A stretch of 13,436 bases of DNA, taken from the NCBI GenBank assembly GCA_963811105.1, contig CAWEPZ010000007.1:1-13436 (forward strand). The letters are read 5' to 3'. Every line of letters starts with the position of its first letter. Position 1 is the first letter of the stretch. The DNA comes from Candidatus Bathyarchaeota archaeon (GTDB lineage Archaea; Thermoproteota; Bathyarchaeia; Bathyarchaeales; Bathycorpusculaceae). The position numbers and the translations under genes are program-made. Shown in pieces: positions 8,873-13,436 of the stretch. The notes below the pieces were generated by a model. It searched no databases. It had not been told where the DNA came from and saw only the letters and a program-made list of their open reading frames with translations.

Positions 8873-8917
8873 ACCTGGAACACCTGGAACAGCTGGAACA
8901 GAATTATAAGCGGAACA
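8873..8917 (+). repeat. Three tandem 9-mers A(C/G)CTGGAAC, then TTATAAG and a fourth GGAACA
   Basis: acctggaac acctggaac agctggaac at 8873-8899; TATA-like at 8904-8910; cggaaca at 8911-8917. Confidence 0.8.
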
Positions 8918-8955
8918 ATAGCTCGAGAAGTCTGCAGCAGGACAGGAAGATCTTA

Positions 8956-9400
8956 ATGGCGAAGGGCAAGCCTTGGACCGTTGAAGAGGAAAGGCAACTT
9001 CGAGAGCTCGTAACAGAAAAAAAGTCCATGCGTTCTATTGCAAAGATTATGGGTAAAACCCTTATGGCTGTACGGTTGAAAGCAGCTCGCTTAGGCTTAG
9101 AAGAAGATGATGAGAGGTGAAAAAAACACGCCATCATCATCTACCCTTCGAAGTTAGTTTTGCCCGATGAGTTGCCTTCAATTGAAGAAAAACTCAAGAC
9201 TTTGGTTGGCGCCTTGGATGCAACTTGAAACGGGCAAATTGGATAAACTTGGTGTTTTGCGTCTACGCACAATCATTAGGGCGTGAAAGTGTACCAGGAA
9301 CTCATAGCAGAATACGTCGATTACCGGGGCATTGAGACTGAAATGCTGGAATGGAGGGACAAGTATGCGGACCTTGCGAAAAAACACCACGAACCTTCCG
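8956..9400 (+). CDS. N-terminal HTH (Myb/GcrA-like) plus helical domain; putative terminase small subunit; 3 or more frameshifts; end approximate
   Basis: MAKGKPWTVEEERQLRELVTEKKSMRSIAKIMGKTLMAVRLKAARLGLE / KLVLPDELPSIEEKLKTLVGALDA / LETGKLDKLGVLRLRTII / GVKVYQELIAEYVDYRGIETEMLEWRDKYADLAKK; lies directly upstream of terL. Confidence 0.6.
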
Positions 9401-10815
9401 GCCAAATAAATTCATTGATTCCCGAGGTAAGACACGCGGGCATATTGGTTCTTTACAGGCGGATAGACTCAGCAGGGTTGAGACGCTAAAGACGGATCCG
9501 CTTGAGTTTTTCCGTCAAATCTTAGGCGTAGAGCCGACAGACTACGAGAAGGAGCTTATCGAGCTTTTCCAAAAGAACCAGTTTGTGGCAGCCCGGTGGA
9601 GCCGACAATCAGGCAAGAGCTTCACAACCTCTGGAATTCTTCTTAATTACGCCCTAGTGAACCCTAATTCCTACATTGGGGTAGTGGGTCCTAGTTGGCG
9701 CCAAACAAAACTTGTCATTCGACGCATTGGGGATTTTGCTAGGCGGCTGCCGCCTGGCTCCAAAATTACTGTGCAGAAAACCAAGATATCTTGTCCTAAT
9801 GGAAGCATCATTGAGGCTTTCCCAAACAACCCGGATACGATCCGAGGGCCTACGTTGCACGTGGTCTATGCTGACGAATTCAACTTCATACCAAACGCCG
9901 AAGACCTCTATGATGCAGCTCTTTTCACTTTGGGAACTACTAACGGGAAGTTCATCTGCACCAGCACTCCATGGAACACGGATAGCCTCTTTTGGCGGAT
10001 CTGCAACAAATCTGACTTTGACGATTTCGCCAGGCATCACGTAACATGGGAGCGAGCGCAAGAGCCTAACGGACCCTTGAAGCTGGGGATTTTGGAGAAG
10101 ATTCGCAAGCAGCTGCGCGATGATCCTGCCCGGTGGCGCCGAGAAATGGAGGCCGAGTGGGCAGAGGATGAAGACGTCTGGCTATCCCAAAACCTCATCG
10201 CCGCCTGTGTCGGCACAGTAAAAAACTGTAAGGAAGACCTGCAGGAATTTGACATTAACGGTACAGCGGAAGGGGAATTCTACGCTGGCCTGGATCCTGC
10301 CCAAACAAGAGACTACCACGTCCTAAGCGTAATTGAGAGAAAGGATGAGCAGCTGCTGCTTAGGCACTTGAAGATTTTTCCACATCCAACCTATGACGCC
10401 TATGTCCTTGGCTACCTGAAAACACTGCAGGACCGCTGGGGTGGATTCCGACAAATCAGAGTAGATGTCACTCGAGAAGGACCCAGCTTCATAGCAGACA
10501 TGGAGAATGCCGGGATCAACAATGCTGAAGGAGTAATTTTTAGCTCGCCTAGGAAAAGTGAGATGGCAGCCCTGCTCAAGAAGCGCATGCAGGATAAACG
10601 TTTCTTTTATCCGCTGCTAAGCTGGGATCGCCCGTACCATGGGGACATCTGTAATGAATTCAATCTGGAACGATTTGCATCTGAGAAAGGACGGCGGATT
10701 AGCCTTTAGCCATCCTCAGGGCACTCATGATGATGTCTTTTGGGCTTCAGCCCTAGCCGTTTACGCTACTGTAAAAATGACGGTGTTTGACATGGAGGCC
10801 CTACATTTTGGCTAG
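9351..10815 (+). CDS. terL: Terminase large subunit (ATPase plus RNase H-like nuclease); one frameshift near 10680; start uncertain
   Basis: Walker A RWSRQSGKS, IRG, Walker B VVYADEF, coupling motif TSTP, nuclease YAGLD and RVDVT. The frame from 10681 gives LRKDGGLAFSHPQGTHDDVFWASALAV...FG* with the terminal HDD motif. Confidence 0.93.
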
Positions 10816-10819
10816 CGTT

Positions 10820-11137
10820 ATGGTTAGCCCTATGGTTAGTTTCTTCACAAGCTATGACTATTGGGAAGTGCACCTCGTGAATAATGAGAGAGGTCCTTGC
10901 GGAAAATGCCAATATTACGCTCAAGTCGGCATTCTAACCGGTGAGTGGCTGCAGGGCATGTTTCCCTGGCTAAAGATCGTCAATGATAACGAGATTAAAT
11001 GCAACATTCACCCAAACTGTCAATGTTATCTAAAGCGTGTTCTCTTGCCGTTTGATAAGCCAACTGTTCCCGATCCCGTGGCTGTTGTCACTGAAAGTAA
11101 GCAGCTGCTAGCCGATTACAAGTCAGGAGGGTACTAG
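10820..11137 (+). CDS. Stand-alone MuF/SPP1 gp7-like Cys/His domain protein
   Basis: CGKC...HPNCQC matches the CxxC...HPNCRC signature of MuF minor head proteins; ATG 10820 is 4 nt after the terL stop. Confidence 0.65.
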   Translation: MVSPMVSFFTSYDYWEVHLVNNERGPCGKCQYYAQVGILTGEWLQGMFPWLKIVNDNEIKCNIHPNCQCYLKRVLLPFDKPTVPDPVAVVTESKQLLADYKSGGY

Positions 11138-11139
11138 GC

Positions 11140-12616
11140 GTGAACAATCGAGATGATGTGCTTAAGATCCGTAAGCTCCGAAGGATCTACGATCGCGGTA
11201 AGGACAGATTTACTTTTCATGTTGAGTACGAAACTATAACGGAGATTACACCAAGGACCTTGGATGTTGCTGAAGCCTTTGGTCTAGGCATCGATGAGGC
11301 TCAAAAATTTCTTGTCCTAAACACTATTTTGCAGATTAGCCCTAGAGATATTGTGTTAGTTACGGGTGATAGTGGCAGCGGTAAGAGTGTTTTGCTGCGA
11401 GCTATCCGGGAAGATCTTGGCTCTGAAGCTGTAGATATGGCTGACGTCCACGTTGACGAGAACAAGCCGTTGATTGATACTATCGGCGCCACGATTGAAG
11501 AGGCCTTTGAGCTTCTCAGCAAGGTTGGGTTGAATGACGCTTTCCTATTTCTGAGGCCGTATAAGCAGCTGAGTGACGGCCAAAAATACCGGTATCGAGT
11601 GGCTAAACTCATTGAATCCGGAGCGCAATGGTGGCTCATGGATGAGTTTTGCGCCCTTCTGGACCGGGACACGGCCAAGATCATTGCGTTTAATGTTCAG
11701 AAATTGGCGAGGCAGCAGGGAAAAGCCGTCATCGTTGCAACCACTCACGGGGACCTGTTTGAGGATCTGGCGCCATCCGTAAATATTCACAAGCGCTTTG
11801 GCGAAGAAATTCAAATCGACTATTACCCAAACATCGCAAAAGCCGTATGCACCCTCATCAAAGAGATGAAAGTTGAAGAGGGCACCAGGGAGGACTGGGT
11901 AAAACTTTGCCGTTTCCACTATCGAGGGCACGGATTCTCTGTTGCAAGAAAGTTCTTCCGCGTAAGCAGAAACGGTGAGCTCTGCGGCGTCATTATTTAC
12001 TCCTATCCGCCTCCGGCATGCTACGGAAGAAGGATGGTTCTGCCCATAATGTCCATGCAGGAAATAAACCAGCAGCTGAGCACAATCAACCGAGTGGTCA
12101 TTCACCCAAAATACCGAACCATAGGTCTAGGAGCTAAATTAATTCAGGGAGAGTCTGCCGCTTGCCGGCACGCCGTACGTGGAGTTAATCGCAGTGATGG
12201 CTAAATATAATCCGTTCGCAGAAAAGGCAGGCATGCAAAAAATCACTCAACAAACCTACGTTGAGAGCGTATCCAAAGTTTCTAAGGCCCTGCAGAATTT
12301 AGGCTTCACCTTGCAGCTCCTAGGCAGCACCCACTACGTCGAGTCAAAGCTTCAAACCCTAAGTAGCCAAGAAATAAGTTGCCTCAAGGAGGCATTTGGC
12401 AAGAATGGCCATCCGAGATTCAAAAAAGTCTTCTCCGGGAAAGGCGAGCCGTATGGGAAAGGATCCGCCTACCTTCAGCATCTGCAGGATGCGGACCTCA
12501 CAAAAATGGCGAAGCTGATAAAGATCGCCAGCATGCTGCTGCAGACGAAAGTTTACTTATTTTGGAAGAAAAATTGCTTAACTTGCAAATTGCTTAAGTT
12601 AAGCAACGTGAATTAA
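11140..12616 (+). CDS. Soluble ABC-type ATPase fused to a GNAT acyltransferase (~490 aa); frameshift near 12148
   Basis: Walker A GDSGSGKS, signature LSDGQK, Walker B WLMDEF, H-loop ATTH; GNAT motif A RVVIHPKYRTIGLGAKL; the shifted frame continues ESLPLAGTPYVELIAVMAKYNPFAEKAGM. Confidence 0.88.
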
Positions 12617-12737
12617 AGGTGTTAAAAATGTGCCTGTTGTGCGCACGATTTACACAATATTGTGTATTTTTAAACATATTTAGGGTCGTTCAACTATGAA
12701 AAGTGTTAATTCAAAATGTGCGCATGACTTAAATCGT
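12571..12737. promoter_or_regulatory. Cluster of palindromes and repeats (operator or origin candidate)
   Basis: TTGCTTAA-g-TTAAGCAA at 12590-12606 with an extra half-site at 12574; perfect palindrome TACACAATATTGTGTA at 12651-12666; TGTGCGCAyGAyTTA at 12638 and 12717. Confidence 0.55.
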
Positions 12738-12769
12738 AAATCCGTATGTAATAGCAATTCATGCGAGAC

Positions 12770-12811
12770 GAAGGGGAAGAAAAATGGAGAGAAGGGGAAG
12801 CAAAATGGAGA
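12770..12811 (+). repeat. 21-bp tandem duplication covering an RBS and start codon
   Basis: gaaggggaagAaaaatggaga / gaaggggaagCaaaatggaga; in-frame ATGs at 12784 and 12805. Confidence 0.85.
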
Positions 12812-12960
12812 GATGTAGAACAAATATTAAGTTAAGCGTTGATGTGAAAAGGCGCGCAACTAACGCCGTTGAAGGTGGTAGTTTTAAAGGTATAACAACT
12901 TTGAGTGGGCTAGTAGAAATAGCGCTATAGGAAATTTTGGACAAGAAAAATGTACCCTAA
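12805..12960 (+). CDS. Ribbon-helix-helix-like DNA-binding protein with an in-frame TAG at 12928-12930, not in the ORF track
   Basis: MERCRTNIKLSVDVKRRATNAVEGGSFKGITTLSGLVEIAL*EILDKKNVP**: alternating ribbon RTNIKL, helix 2 SGLVEIAL-x-EIL, double TAA at 12958-12963. Confidence 0.6.
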
Positions 12961-13046
12961 TAATTCGCGACCTATAGGCCCGACCTGGCTTGAGTTGCCT
13001 GGCGTAAAGGCGTTTTAGCAGGTTTAGAAAAGAGTGCGGGATTGGG

Positions 13047-13271
13047 ATGAAAAGAAAAAACCCTGTTAAGGCGACTAGACATCAGAAGGACCTTCAGGCT
13101 GCAGCAATAATGATGCAGATATTCTTGGGTGGCTTAGCCCTTAATTTTAATTTTAATTGGCATGACCTTGAAGAGATCACCCAGAGAGCTATGTTTGAGT
13201 ATAAATCGAATATTGACGAGGTAAAGCTGCCGAAACAGAGGTTGAAGCGCAATGAGTACAACTCCAAATGA
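13047..13271 (+). CDS. Hypothetical protein, 74 aa
   Basis: Track ORF; overlaps the next ORF. Confidence 0.55.
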   Translation: MKRKNPVKATRHQKDLQAAAIMMQIFLGGLALNFNFNWHDLEEITQRAMFEYKSNIDEVKLPKQRLKRNEYNSK

Positions 13272-13410
13272 GAAGGCTCATTGCAAAATTAATATCGATT
13301 TTAATGGCGGGATAACAGTTGAAGCTCCGACTGTTTCTGAGGTAACTCAACTGTTAGAGACAGCTCTCACCGTTCGGCAGCATAAACCCTTGCAGGAGGC
13401 TATTCGTTGA
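13252..13410 (+). CDS. Hypothetical protein, 52 aa (MSTTPNEKAHCKINIDFNGGITVEAPTVSEVTQLLETALTVRQHKPLQEAIR)
   Basis: GAGGTTGA upstream; frame open to TGA 13408-13410; a GTG preceded by GGAGG follows at 13411. Confidence 0.55.
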   Translation: MSTTPNEKAHCKINIDFNGGITVEAPTVSEVTQLLETALTVRQHKPLQEAIR

Positions 13411-13436
13411 GTGGGCCTTCGGAAAGGATTTCGATC

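Larger units (their letters stand above)
8047..12616 (+). mobile_element. Head-tail-virus-derived packaging/modification module (provirus part, remnant or satellite); boundaries approximate
   Basis: Co-oriented, tightly spaced TerS-like, terL, MuF-like and ABC-GNAT genes; visibly more GC-rich than the flanks; no integrase, portal or capsid in the window. Confidence 0.7.

Noticed and set aside
7688-9405. ORFs 7688-7921, 8095-8280, 8627-8818, 8726-8956, 8904-9140 and 9178-9405
   Set aside because: They overlap better-supported + strand genes that have RBSs and motifs.
10670-12160. Programmed ribosomal frameshifts in terL and ABC-GNAT
   Set aside because: No slippery heptamer at either site, and similar breaks occur throughout the window.
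11140-12204. ABC transporter ATP-binding subunit
   Set aside because: No permease or binding protein nearby; fused to a GNAT domain in a viral context.
9654-12597. ORFs 9654-10061, 9712-10044, 10037-10255, 11301-11684, 11545-12105, 11573-11782 and 12379-12597
   Set aside because: Shadow frames overlapping terL and the ABC-GNAT gene, with no motifs.
12759-12944. Minus-strand 61-aa ORF
   Set aside because: Antisense to the RHH-like gene, which has an RBS and a recognisable pattern.
13411-13436. Reverse-strand tRNA end or att site
   Set aside because: No proper T-loop or stem; better read as a GTG-start ORF with a GGAGG RBS.

Overview
Archaeal sequence, most like an integrated mobile element or provirus in a Bathyarchaeia-type genome. 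That assignment is inferred from TATA-box promoters, GGAGGTG/AGGTGA ribosome-binding sites, a class III signal-peptide pilin and the protein styles; I could not run a search. Many genes are split by indels, probably uncorrected long-read errors, although real decay is possible. Left to right: (1) 1-1534, a + strand string of small virus-like ORFs including a C2H2 zinc finger. (2) 1615-7570, a - strand block with a winged-helix regulator, a type IV pilin, a basic repeat protein and one ~4.2 kb membrane-anchored surface protein with a gingipain-like (C25) protease domain. (3) 7715-12616, a more GC-rich + strand module: PolB2-associated-like small protein, beta-rich protein, 2-TM holin-like protein, HTH/putative TerS, TerL, a stand-alone MuF-type Cys/His domain and an ABC-ATPase/GNAT fusion. 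No portal, capsid or tail gene is visible in the window. (4) 12571-13436, a palindrome-rich region, an RHH-like gene and small ORFs. Two interleaved pairs of non-coding direct repeats (2549/3114 and 3056/8047) bracket the cargo genes.
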